A stretch of DNA of 64,000 bases from assembly GCA_964427405.1 (NCBI GenBank), contig CAYRUB010000007.1, forward strand, positions 25,364-89,363, written 5' to 3'. Position 1 is the stretch's first letter. Every line of letters begins with the position of its first letter. The notes beneath the pieces are model-generated. The model did no database searches. It worked only from the letters and a program-made list of their open reading frames with translations, and was not told the DNA's origin. The translations under genes and the position numbers were made by a program. The DNA comes from an uncultured Planctomycetales bacterium. GTDB lineage: Bacteria > Omnitrophota > Gorgyraeia > Gygaellales > Profunditerraquicolaceae. Positions 28,099 through 36,484 of this stretch are shown here, piece by piece.

Positions 28099-29437
28099 AA
28101 ACTAGACTGGCGAAGCGGTCGTTAAATTCATAGATGCGTTCGTCAAATATGACATCACTATGAACCACTGGACGTTTAAGTTTGATACCATTCAGGCAAG
28201 TGCATCGGCTAAGCGCCACATATAACTGGCCATGGGTAAATGCGCCATGCCCAAGGTCAATGATCACTTTATCAAAAGTCTGGCCCTGGCTCTTGTGAAT
28301 GGTTATCGCCCAGGCCAGCTTTAGGGGGTATTGCGCAAATTCCCCCACCACCTCATCTTCTATCTTATCCTCCTCCTCATTGTAGCTATATTCGATCTTC
28401 TCCCACTTCGTAATCGGGACATCATACTCAAAACCATTAATATCCACAACAATGGAATCTTGTGATAAAGCCGCCACCTTGGCCAGCGTGCCATTCACCC
28501 AGCGCTTATCCGGATCATTTTTTATCAAGATTACCTGCGCGCCCTTTTTAAGCTTTAATGATGCTTCGGTAGGATATGCCGGCTCTTCGAATTTACCGGT
28601 AGCATAAGCTTTATATGCAATCTCTTTACCGGGAAGTTTGGATAAACGCTCCTGGTTTATCGCGTTGGCCAGGCTATTGGTCGTAGTCAGGATCACGGTT
28701 GAGTCTTTCCGGGAGGCCGTCACATCTTTTTGCACCTTCTTGTTTAATATCTTAAGGTCCTCATCGGTATGCTCTTTATTCCTTACCCGGTTTAAAAGCT
28801 CCATAAACGAGCTATCTTTCTGCCGATAGATAGTCGACAACTCAATTGTCCTAAGATGGCAATCGTCAAATACTTTAGCGCTGAAGAAATACGGGCTTAA
28901 ATAACGCTCTCCCAAAAGCTGCCTGGCTTCATTTTCCACCACCGGAGACAGCTGAAAAAGATCACCGAAAAATACCATTTGGACTCCGCCAAACGGCGAC
29001 TTCATCCTGCCACGATTAAGACGTAACGCGTAATCAATACCATCCATAAGGTCTGAGCGAACCATAGAGACCTCATCGATAATTATCATATCGAGATTCT
29101 CAAATATACTTCTATCCCTGAGGTGCTTTATCGTATCCTTTTGGATGATCTTGGGAGGAAACCTGAAAAAAGAATGAACAGTCTGGCCGCCGACATTAAC
29201 CGCGGCAACACCTGTCGGAGCTAAAACGATTATATTCTTGCCGGTATTGGCCTTAAAATATTTTAAAAGAGTGGATTTGCCGGTGCCTGCCTTGCCGGTG
29301 ATAAAAAGGCACTCCTTGGTGCGCTCCATAAGATCAAACGCCGACTTGAATTCATCATTTATATCAAGGTTCCCCGGAAGTTGATCTTCGACTATTGTTT
29401 GGTTAGTGAAAAATTTCATATTTTCTTTCTTGATCAC
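28097..29437 (-). CDS. Pif1-family (SF1B) DNA helicase
   Basis: ITGKAGTGKST, APTGVAA, IIDEVSM, FGDLFQL, QYPLKLAWAITIHKSQGQT, GQLYVALSR. Confidence 0.93.
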   Translation of the reverse strand: MIKKENMKFFTNQTIVEDQLPGNLDINDEFKSAFDLMERTKECLFITGKAGTGKSTLLKYFKANTGKNIIVLAPTGVAAVNVGGQTVHSFFRFPPKIIQKDTIKHLRDRSIFENLDMIIIDEVSMVRSDLMDGIDYALRLNRGRMKSPFGGVQMVFFGDLFQLSPVVENEARQLLGERYLSPYFFSAKVFDDCHLRTIELSTIYRQKDSSFMELLNRVRNKEHTDEDLKILNKKVQKDVTASRKDSTVILTTTNSLANAINQERLSKLPGKEIAYKAYATGKFEEPAYPTEASLKLKKGAQVILIKNDPDKRWVNGTLAKVAALSQDSIVVDINGFEYDVPITKWEKIEYSYNEEEDKIEDEVVGEFAQYPLKLAWAITIHKSQGQTFDKVIIDLGHGAFTHGQLYVALSRCTCLNGIKLKRPVVHSDVIFDERIYEFNDRFASLV

Positions 29438-30261
29438 TTCCAGGTAATTTTGGCAGGGTTACGCATAGGTATCCGGCTATAACGGTATTTCGGATGGCCA
29501 ACCATCATTACCGCCCCGGCTATCGCGTGTGAAGATAAACCTGTAAACTTTCTTATTTTTTCCGACATATTGATTGCCATATTCACATAACCTGCCCAGC
29601 AAGCGCCCAGACCGCAGCCAAATGCCGCCAGTTCCAAATACGTTGCCGCTATCGTACATGACTGAGGAACCATCGGGTCATCCTTAATACCCTGGGCAAT
29701 AACTATGCAAGGCGCGTTGCGGCAAATCAAATCTTCTTCATTCTTCCAGGCGCTAAGTAAACGGTCAAAACGAAAAGATATCGCCATCTGATTCTTGGCT
29801 TCCAAAAGCTCTTCAATCCATTCAACGATTAAACCACCTAATTCATGCACTTTATCTTTACCCATAATCGTAATCCAACTCACCGGCTGGCGATTGATCC
29901 CGGAGGGAGCATAACGGGCAATATCCAAGAGTTTCTCAATGGATTCTTTAGCTACAGGCTCATCTTTATAGTTACGAATCGAGCGCCGGCTTTTAAGGAA
30001 AAGCTCTGTTTGTTCGGCGTTCGGAAGACTGGCGTAATCCAAGCGCATGGCATCTTTAACATCCATTGTCGAGAGTTTGATCGAACCCTTCGGGCAAAAA
30101 GCAAAACAATGCCCGCAGTTAATACAAGCCTCCCCGCCTCCCGGTATAAATTCCGGCACCCGCTCTGCATTCATCTTTAATATATGCATCGGGCAAACCT
30201 CAACGCATTTTCCATCTCCGGCGCAGGTTTTCTTATCGACTTCAATAGTGATCATTAACAA
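29434..30261 (-). CDS. nitroreductase with N-terminal 4Fe-4S ferredoxin domain
   Basis: CAGDGKCVEVCP and CINCGHCFAFCP, RRSIR, APSGINRQP. Confidence 0.92.
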   Translation of the reverse strand: MLMITIEVDKKTCAGDGKCVEVCPMHILKMNAERVPEFIPGGGEACINCGHCFAFCPKGSIKLSTMDVKDAMRLDYASLPNAEQTELFLKSRRSIRNYKDEPVAKESIEKLLDIARYAPSGINRQPVSWITIMGKDKVHELGGLIVEWIEELLEAKNQMAISFRFDRLLSAWKNEEDLICRNAPCIVIAQGIKDDPMVPQSCTIAATYLELAAFGCGLGACWAGYVNMAINMSEKIRKFTGLSSHAIAGAVMMVGHPKYRYSRIPMRNPAKITWK

Positions 30262-30274
30262 CCCTCATAATAGA

Positions 30275-31255
30275 CTACGCCTTAACTATCACTCCAAATA
30301 AAGTATAAATTTTACACCTTAATTCGTCATCACATGCATTGTACTCATCTATCAACTTAATAATCCTATCAACTTGAACTTTCGATTGTTTTGGCAATAA
30401 AGAAATCTCAACCAATTCATTTTTATTAAGATACTGATGCAGATACTTATAAGGGTCTATTTTTTGAGGAATTGCTTGAGAAAGAATAAGATTCCAGCAA
30501 CATTGAGCATCAATACCATTTAAAAACCGTTCAAACTCTCTGTATTCCTTAAGAGAAACTTCACCTACTAGTTCAATTTTCTGCTGAAACCACTTTTGAA
30601 AGCGCGCCACCTGTTCCCTATAAGACGTAAAGACTTTCTCAATATCAATAGATCCAGAATCGGAGATGAACTTTCTGCTGAGAGCGTTCCAGTTTTTCCA
30701 AGCCAGCAAGTCTCTGGAATATACGATGAAGTGAATAGTCTTCCCACCTCCCGATGGATATGAAACCTGCCAATTGGCTCTTACCATTTCATTATGACAA
30801 ATATAATTCCTCAATTCTTGAACGAAATGATGCTCTGGATTATCAAGAAACACTTCCTTGATTTTTTCTTGGTAGCCATCTATTGGGATTTTCTTAATAG
30901 CATTTCTCGACATATCTACTAACGCCATTGCACTAGTGGTGGCTGAAAACATACCTCTCCTAATCGCTAATTCAAGTTGAGCAATCCGTATACGATTAAC
31001 AGGAAACCAAAACTCTTCAGTATTTTCTTCAGACTTAAAGGTATCAATTGAATCAAATAGATTTACTACAGCATCAGAAAATATATCGAAAGAAAGACTT
31101 AAATTTGCCAATTCTGCGTGGTACATATACCCGGGATGTTCTTTTATTGCCTCTCTAGTCAGAATAAAATCTTGGAAGTAAGCTTTCTCCAAAGATTCCC
31201 TTGTCCAAGGAAGCTGACCCAATGTAACTGCAGAAATTCTATTTGAATTATCCAT
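30275..31255 (-). CDS. hypothetical helical protein with an Rx4H (HEPN-like) motif
   Basis: 326-aa AT-rich ORF containing ELRNYICH. Confidence 0.65.
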   Translation of the reverse strand: MDNSNRISAVTLGQLPWTRESLEKAYFQDFILTREAIKEHPGYMYHAELANLSLSFDIFSDAVVNLFDSIDTFKSEENTEEFWFPVNRIRIAQLELAIRRGMFSATTSAMALVDMSRNAIKKIPIDGYQEKIKEVFLDNPEHHFVQELRNYICHNEMVRANWQVSYPSGGGKTIHFIVYSRDLLAWKNWNALSRKFISDSGSIDIEKVFTSYREQVARFQKWFQQKIELVGEVSLKEYREFERFLNGIDAQCCWNLILSQAIPQKIDPYKYLHQYLNKNELVEISLLPKQSKVQVDRIIKLIDEYNACDDELRCKIYTLFGVIVKA

Positions 31256-31342
31256 ACTTCTTAAACAATCTTTTGTATGCCGCCGCTTAAACCTGTTTCA
31301 TTTTTTCTCATCACAAATGACATTCCGATAAAACTTAGGGAA

Positions 31343-31403
31343 GCTTCTATAGTTTTTGCTTCCTCGGCCGTACCCACTTTGACCCCGGAAACGACACTTA
31401 GTT
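31343..31403. repeat. ~60-bp inter-gene repeat, copy 1
   Basis: GCTTCTATAGTTTTTGCTTCCTCGGCCGTACCCACTTTGACCCCGGAAACGACACTTAGTT. Confidence 0.9.
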
Positions 31404-32180
31404 TTATTTATTAACTTTAAAATCTCTAAATCTGCTATTTTCCTCATAAAAACGCAGATTTTGAATATCTTCATTAACAACAGCTAATATCTTTGTTTTT
31501 GTTTCACTGTTAAATTCATCAAAATTATTAACCAGATTTATAAATTCATCTGCGTTATTAGTTAATTTTCTATTCTGCAACCACCCCTCAAACTTATTTT
31601 TCTGACTATAGTAATTTCTATGTCTTTTGATATAAAGATCATATGCTTCTCGATTTTTATCATTTACAACTTTAAAATTGTTATTTTCTAAGTTTAGGTC
31701 TTTCTCGATAGGATCAAAAAACTGCGCCATACTCCCATACAACTTGTTTTTTAAATCAAAAATATTATAGAAATGATAATCTCGAGATATTGACGTAATC
31801 TCAGCATTACTAAAATTTAACCTCTTGGAAATTGTTATGATTTTTTCATAATAACGTGCGGCTTCTTCTTTAGGCATGCTCGAATCCCATCTTCCCATAC
31901 GCATCATAGTAGAAATATTCATTTCGGTAACTGGAACAGCCAAATCGTGTAAATATTTTAGGAGCTCATCTGCTCTGTGAATCTTTTCTTGAAGCTCAAC
32001 TTCGAGCCCAAGCCCCTTAAAAGATTTAACTGTGTCGGGACAAAGAAAAATTAAGCATAGAAAAGCAGCACAGAATGGCGTCAAAGAAGCACTAGCTTTA
32101 TTTTCGTATGACAACCAACCTCCTAAAACAATAAGCAGAATAAAAAAAGCTAAAAGTATTAAATTTATTATATTACTCAT
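31404..32180 (-). CDS. hypothetical protein with two N-terminal TM helices
   Basis: 258-aa AT-rich ORF, RBS GGAGGT. Confidence 0.7.
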   Translation of the reverse strand: MSNIINLILLAFFILLIVLGGWLSYENKASASLTPFCAAFLCLIFLCPDTVKSFKGLGLEVELQEKIHRADELLKYLHDLAVPVTEMNISTMMRMGRWDSSMPKEEAARYYEKIITISKRLNFSNAEITSISRDYHFYNIFDLKNKLYGSMAQFFDPIEKDLNLENNNFKVVNDKNREAYDLYIKRHRNYYSQKNKFEGWLQNRKLTNNADEFINLVNNFDEFNSETKTKILAVVNEDIQNLRFYEENSRFRDFKVNK

Positions 32181-32248
32181 ACCCTACCTCCATTTTCTCT
32201 AATAAATAGAGCCTAATTCAATACAATATTTATGGCTAATAATCATTC

Positions 32249-32308
32249 GCTTCTATAGTTTTTACTTCCTCGGCCGCACCCACTTTAACCCCGGAAACAT
32301 CCCCTAAT
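32249..32308. repeat. ~60-bp inter-gene repeat, copy 2
   Basis: GCTTCTATAGTTTTTACTTCCTCGGCCGCACCCACTTTAACCCCGGAAACATCCCCTAAT. Confidence 0.9.
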
Positions 32309-32346
32309 TTATTCTCCTTGAAATTCCGCTATCAAATCTTCCCATT

Positions 32347-32919
32347 TTAATGCCCACTTTTACAAAACTGTGTGTTAATCAAAGTTTTCAACTCATGAAA
32401 ATCTTTTTCTAAATTTGGTAATTTCGCTATTAATTCAGGTAATTTTTTAAAAAAAGACCCAGGGTTGTCAACTATTACCAGATTCCCCTCGTTTAGTAAC
32501 ATAATATATGTAAAAAGATGTAACCTTTCCCTGATAGTTACTTGATCCCTATCCATAGAAGCAAGCAGCATACAACCATTTCTCCTTGCTTCAAATATAA
32601 TCGGCTCTTGTTTTGCAAAATTATGGCCTTCACTTAAAATTAAAGTATTTCTTCCCAATTCTTTATTCTTTAATTCGTTTACATCATTTATTCGTAATTT
32701 AACAATCCCTTTAGCGAATTTAACATCTTCTCCTTTTTTATCAATAGAATCTATCACGGCGCCTTTACCTGCGCCTCTTGCCCCTATCAGCAAAATCATA
32801 TCGCCATAGTTTAAATTAAAAGTGACATTAAACAAACCATACTCTCTATTAATACCGGATTTTTCTCTCCTATTACTTCTAGTCAAATCTTTAACTTGTA
32901 ACGGAATAATGTTACTCAT
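32347..32919 (-). CDS. degenerate, shortened ABC-ATPase-like protein
   Basis: LFNVTFNLNYGDMILLIGARGAGK (Walker A), LILSE, IMLLNEGNLV; no LSGGQ signature. Confidence 0.6.
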   Translation of the reverse strand: MSNIIPLQVKDLTRSNRREKSGINREYGLFNVTFNLNYGDMILLIGARGAGKGAVIDSIDKKGEDVKFAKGIVKLRINDVNELKNKELGRNTLILSEGHNFAKQEPIIFEARRNGCMLLASMDRDQVTIRERLHLFTYIMLLNEGNLVIVDNPGSFFKKLPELIAKLPNLEKDFHELKTLINTQFCKSGH

Positions 32920-33044
32920 ATTTTTTATTCTCCTTAAGAATTACTCTCGATTATTTTGAAATCCAGAAACACACTGTTTATTTACCCCCAGCCTTCACCC
33001 CAAAGTAATAAAGGAGACATCTCTATTTTTCTTATTTTGGCTAC

Positions 33045-33105
33045 CTTCTATAAATTTTACTTCCTCGGCCGCGCCCACTTAAACTCCGAAAGCGACGCTT
33101 AGTTT
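33045..33105. repeat. ~60-bp inter-gene repeat, copy 3
   Basis: CTTCTATAAATTTTACTTCCTCGGCCGCGCCCACTTAAACTCCGAAAGCGACGCTTAGTTT. Confidence 0.85.
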
Positions 33106-33117
33106 AAAGAAACTTCC

Positions 33118-33702
33118 CTATTGCTTTATATCTTTTTCTATGTTGTATGTCTCAAAAAATACTTTTATAAAGAACAGTTCCAACAAATGCCTAAAAGCAA
33201 TATTTACTTGCACCATCGCAAAAGTAAAAAAATATGAAGAAAACATAGTAATGAAAATTTTGATAATTATTTTAAACCATGTTGCCATTTTGGATATAAA
33301 TTGAGGATGATAGAAATATGTATCCCTAATGATTGTTTTGGCTGCATATAATATTGCAAAAGAAATGATAATAAATACCGCAGAGAGGAACAGCTTTTCT
33401 CCAACAAAACAGTAAATCCTGCTCCTACTTGCATCTTTAGTAGCCCTAGATGCGCTAAATGACAGTGCCCCCAAAGCAATAATAGAACCAATAACTGTAA
33501 TAATAATCTTAAGGTCTTCTACACTTTGTTCTGTGCGTAGATTCATGACCTTACTAAAATAAAATTGCCCCAACCATAGAACAAAATAAATCGGGATTAA
33601 TAGTACCACTTCTTTTCCGATCCATTTTATTTTAGTTATAGCGGATTGCCTTAATAAAGTTTTCATATCAAATGCTCGTATTTTTTTGTCGATATATTCC
33701 AA
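33118..33702 (-). CDS. hypothetical multi-pass membrane protein
   Basis: About four hydrophobic segments, AT-rich; start uncertain. Confidence 0.6.
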   Translation of the reverse strand: MEYIDKKIRAFDMKTLLRQSAITKIKWIGKEVVLLIPIYFVLWLGQFYFSKVMNLRTEQSVEDLKIIITVIGSIIALGALSFSASRATKDASRSRIYCFVGEKLFLSAVFIIISFAILYAAKTIIRDTYFYHPQFISKMATWFKIIIKIFITMFSSYFFTFAMVQVNIAFRHLLELFFIKVFFETYNIEKDIKQ

Positions 33703-33736
33703 AATACTGAACTATACAAAAATTAACCCAACCAAC

Positions 33737-33825
33737 AAAAAAAAGACAACCCCCTATTTTAGAGGATTGCCTTATAGTCGTTTATTCTTGAACCCCATAA
33801 AGGGCTCCTTGTGTAGTTTATACTA
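33737..33825 (-). promoter_or_regulatory. second 8-aa mini-ORF / terminator module
   Basis: TAGTATAAACT, RBS AAGGAG, MGFKNKRL* (33772-33798), GGCAATCCTCTA/TAGGGGGTTGTC stem plus T8. Confidence 0.55.
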
Positions 33826-33827
33826 TT

Positions 33828-34442
33828 TTAGATTCCTAATATCTTTTTGATAAATACCGGCCGCGCATAAAACGCACGAGTCTTTGAACCATGCCCTGAC
33901 CCTTTTGTGCGTGCCTGTATCCACTTGCCATCTTTACCGGTCAAACTCCCAAACCCTTGAGTAATAAGCTTATTGCGAATGAAATCATAATCAGCTTTAA
34001 CTTCTAGGATAAGTTCATCTGTTTTGGCAAAATCCAGGCTCGTAACTTCCAATAATTCGGCTTTTTCCGCATTCTTTCCATACCACATTACAGCGCAGAA
34101 AATAATTGCTTTGAGTTTCGACCAACAATGACTCTCAAAGAATGAGTTCGCCTTTAGTTCTTCGGGATTAATCATGGTGATAGCCATCGTCTCTTTAGGC
34201 ACAAGCTTATCTTTTACATAATGAAAGCTGACGGATTTTAATTCATAAGTAAGGCCATTAGGAGCTTTAGAAACATTTGTTTCCAATCCAGCCAAGCGCT
34301 CTAAAATTAGGCCTTTCCAACCCTTGTTTTGTCTCCCGGTTTCAAAGGTAGTAACGCCATATTTTAAAGCTAACTTTCTTAAATCTTGCCCGATATACTT
34401 TTTTAAATTACTTATTGCTGTTGCGCGTGTGATAATCTTCAT
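33828..34442 (-). CDS. MutH/Sau3AI-family endonuclease
   Basis: NKGWKG.ILE.LAG, ELKS, PKETMAIT, IQARTKG, TRAFYAR. Confidence 0.82.
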   Translation of the reverse strand: MKIITRATAISNLKKYIGQDLRKLALKYGVTTFETGRQNKGWKGLILERLAGLETNVSKAPNGLTYELKSVSFHYVKDKLVPKETMAITMINPEELKANSFFESHCWSKLKAIIFCAVMWYGKNAEKAELLEVTSLDFAKTDELILEVKADYDFIRNKLITQGFGSLTGKDGKWIQARTKGSGHGSKTRAFYARPVFIKKILGI

Positions 34443-34458
34443 AGTATTGAGCAGGTTT

Positions 34459-35337
34459 TCATGTTTTCCCTAAATCATTAAGCCTCTTTATAGAAGTTTT
34501 CAGGTATGATTGTTCTAACTCTATCCCTATAAACTGTCTCTTTCCTCCTACTGCCGCGACGCCGGTAGTAGAGCTACCCGTAAAGGGATCCAATACTATA
34601 TCTCCCGGCTTTGTGGAGGCTAATACAATCCTATTTAACAATTCCAGGGGTTTTTGAGTTGGGTGTTTACCATATATTTTCTCTGCCGAGCCCGGGGCCT
34701 TAATAGACCAAAGACTTAGCATTTGCTTATCGTTATTCATTTTCTTCATCAAGGGATAATTAAAAAAATGCTTACTGTCTTTACTCTTAGCTGCCCAAAG
34801 AATAGTTTCTGTGGAATGAGTAAAATACCTACAGCTTAAATTCGGCGGAGGATTTACTTTAAACCAAGCAATATCATTTAATATCTTGTAGCCCAATCCT
34901 TGCATAGCTGAGCCAACTGTATAAATTATATGTGATGTTCCAGAAACCCAAATTGTGCCATTAGGGGTTAAAACCCTCTGACATTCTCTAAGCCATCTTT
35001 GAGTAAAGATAAAATCCTCTTCAATACCTTTTGAAACATCCCATTTACCTTTATTTACAGAGACTTTCTTTCCAGCATGACAAGTAAACCCACCGTTTGA
35101 CAAAAAATATGGTGGGTCAGCAAAAATCATATCTACTGAGTTTTCAGGTAGCTTAGAAAGAATATCGAAACAATCGTTATTAAAAAGAACAACACTGTGT
35201 TTCTTATCCACAAAATATGGCTTTTCGGGAATATCTTTAATCAAATTAAAGATATCTTTCTTATTAATTGATTTTTCTATAGTTGTGGTAGGCATAACTA
35301 TCGCAGGCAGATTAATAATGTTTTCATTTTGTTCCAT
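34459..35337 (-). CDS. beta-class N6-adenine DNA methyltransferase (DpnA-like)
   Basis: IFADPPYFLSNGG..VSVNKGKWD, HPTQKP, LDPFTGSSTTG. Confidence 0.93.
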   Translation of the reverse strand: MEQNENIINLPAIVMPTTTIEKSINKKDIFNLIKDIPEKPYFVDKKHSVVLFNNDCFDILSKLPENSVDMIFADPPYFLSNGGFTCHAGKKVSVNKGKWDVSKGIEEDFIFTQRWLRECQRVLTPNGTIWVSGTSHIIYTVGSAMQGLGYKILNDIAWFKVNPPPNLSCRYFTHSTETILWAAKSKDSKHFFNYPLMKKMNNDKQMLSLWSIKAPGSAEKIYGKHPTQKPLELLNRIVLASTKPGDIVLDPFTGSSTTGVAAVGGKRQFIGIELEQSYLKTSIKRLNDLGKT

Positions 35338-35434
35338 TCTAGCACCTCCCTATTTAATCGTCAATATTATCCTCTCTTATTTAATTGACGTAGGAAGTGA
35401 CGGAATCTAACAACAAAAAAAACATTGAATGAGC

Positions 35435-36484
35435 TCAGAAAATCCACACAAAGTTCAAAGACTCAAAAAGCCCCTCAAGCCGGTCTTTCCCGGCATACTC
35501 CTGGCTCACCTTTGCGGTAAGAGAACATTTATCTTTAATCGCCCAGTAAACAATCTGCGCCCCAACACCGCTAATAGCATTCTTAGTCTTATCCGTAGCC
35601 GAGCTTCCGGAATCATCAGTAATCTGCCACTGATTATAACCGGTAAGCCCAATTTCAACACGCGGATGCACATACTGGCTTACGCCATATTCAATGGTCA
35701 TGGTCTGGCCCGGCTGAATATCCGTATCGATTTTCTTGCTGTTCCATTCATAGGTAGGAGTAAACATAAAAGCCGTGGTTTTATTTTCAAAGGGATAGAA
35801 ATATGTAGCCGCCTGCAGGCGCTGCGAGAAAAATCCCATACCAACGTTAGCGACTTTGTCTTTATCATAGGCGCCGGTCGGAAGCGTTACGGCATAACTA
35901 AAAGCCACATCATGCCTCTTACCTCGCCAGTCCAGCCACAGAGGCTGAACAATTAGATCCCCGAGCCCCCACTGCTGGCCCTTAATTTTAACTTCTTCTC
36001 CCATGGAAAAATCACGGGAATGCGATCCTACCTTAATCGTACCTGATGCTGTCCCCTGGACTGCGACATTAACGCTCGTATAGCCCCAGGACGGTATTAC
36101 CATAAATCCATAATCAGCTCCCAGAATCTTTTTATCGGTAGCCCAGGCAAAAGCAAGGGTCTGCATCGCGCTATGTATACTAAAATCCAGGTTCGCGTTA
36201 AGAGTACCGGTAATTGTAATAGGTACTGATTTAACCGTCCCCCTCCATGAACCTGAAACACTCACTGAATCAAAGGTGTTCCCGCTTGAGTCTTTCATTT
36301 TATCTGCATGATAATAAGTATCATAGCCGATCAAATAAAAACCCTTGGACGGCATAACATAATCTCTCAGCGCCATAGGCGCAGGAGCATAATGCCCTTG
36401 CTCACCGGCAAATGCAGAACCAATAAATATTAAATTCAGAATTGATAAAACCAGGCACAAAAAGAGATGCATAATTCTGCGCAT
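35435..36484 (-). CDS. SphA / phenol-MetA-degradation-like outer-membrane beta-barrel
   Basis: Signal peptide, GLGDLIVQP, PTGAYDKD..ANVG, GYNQWQITDDSG, C-terminal F. Confidence 0.75.
   Translation of the reverse strand: MRRIMHLFLCLVLSILNLIFIGSAFAGEQGHYAPAPMALRDYVMPSKGFYLIGYDTYYHADKMKDSSGNTFDSVSVSGSWRGTVKSVPITITGTLNANLDFSIHSAMQTLAFAWATDKKILGADYGFMVIPSWGYTSVNVAVQGTASGTIKVGSHSRDFSMGEEVKIKGQQWGLGDLIVQPLWLDWRGKRHDVAFSYAVTLPTGAYDKDKVANVGMGFFSQRLQAATYFYPFENKTTAFMFTPTYEWNSKKIDTDIQPGQTMTIEYGVSQYVHPRVEIGLTGYNQWQITDDSGSSATDKTKNAISGVGAQIVYWAIKDKCSLTAKVSQEYAGKDRLEGLFESLNFVWIF

Noticed and set aside
31298-31480. 60-aa ORF spanning repeat copy 1
   Set aside because: It overlaps the upstream gene, and the same frame has a stop in copy 2.
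31343-33105. 60-bp repeats as integron attC sites
   Set aside because: No RYYYAAC/GTTRRRY ends, no long imperfect palindrome, and no tyrosine integrase in the window.
35429-35956. 175-aa plus-strand ORF and the many similar antisense ORFs in the track
   Set aside because: These are shadows of well-supported minus-strand genes with no recognisable motifs.
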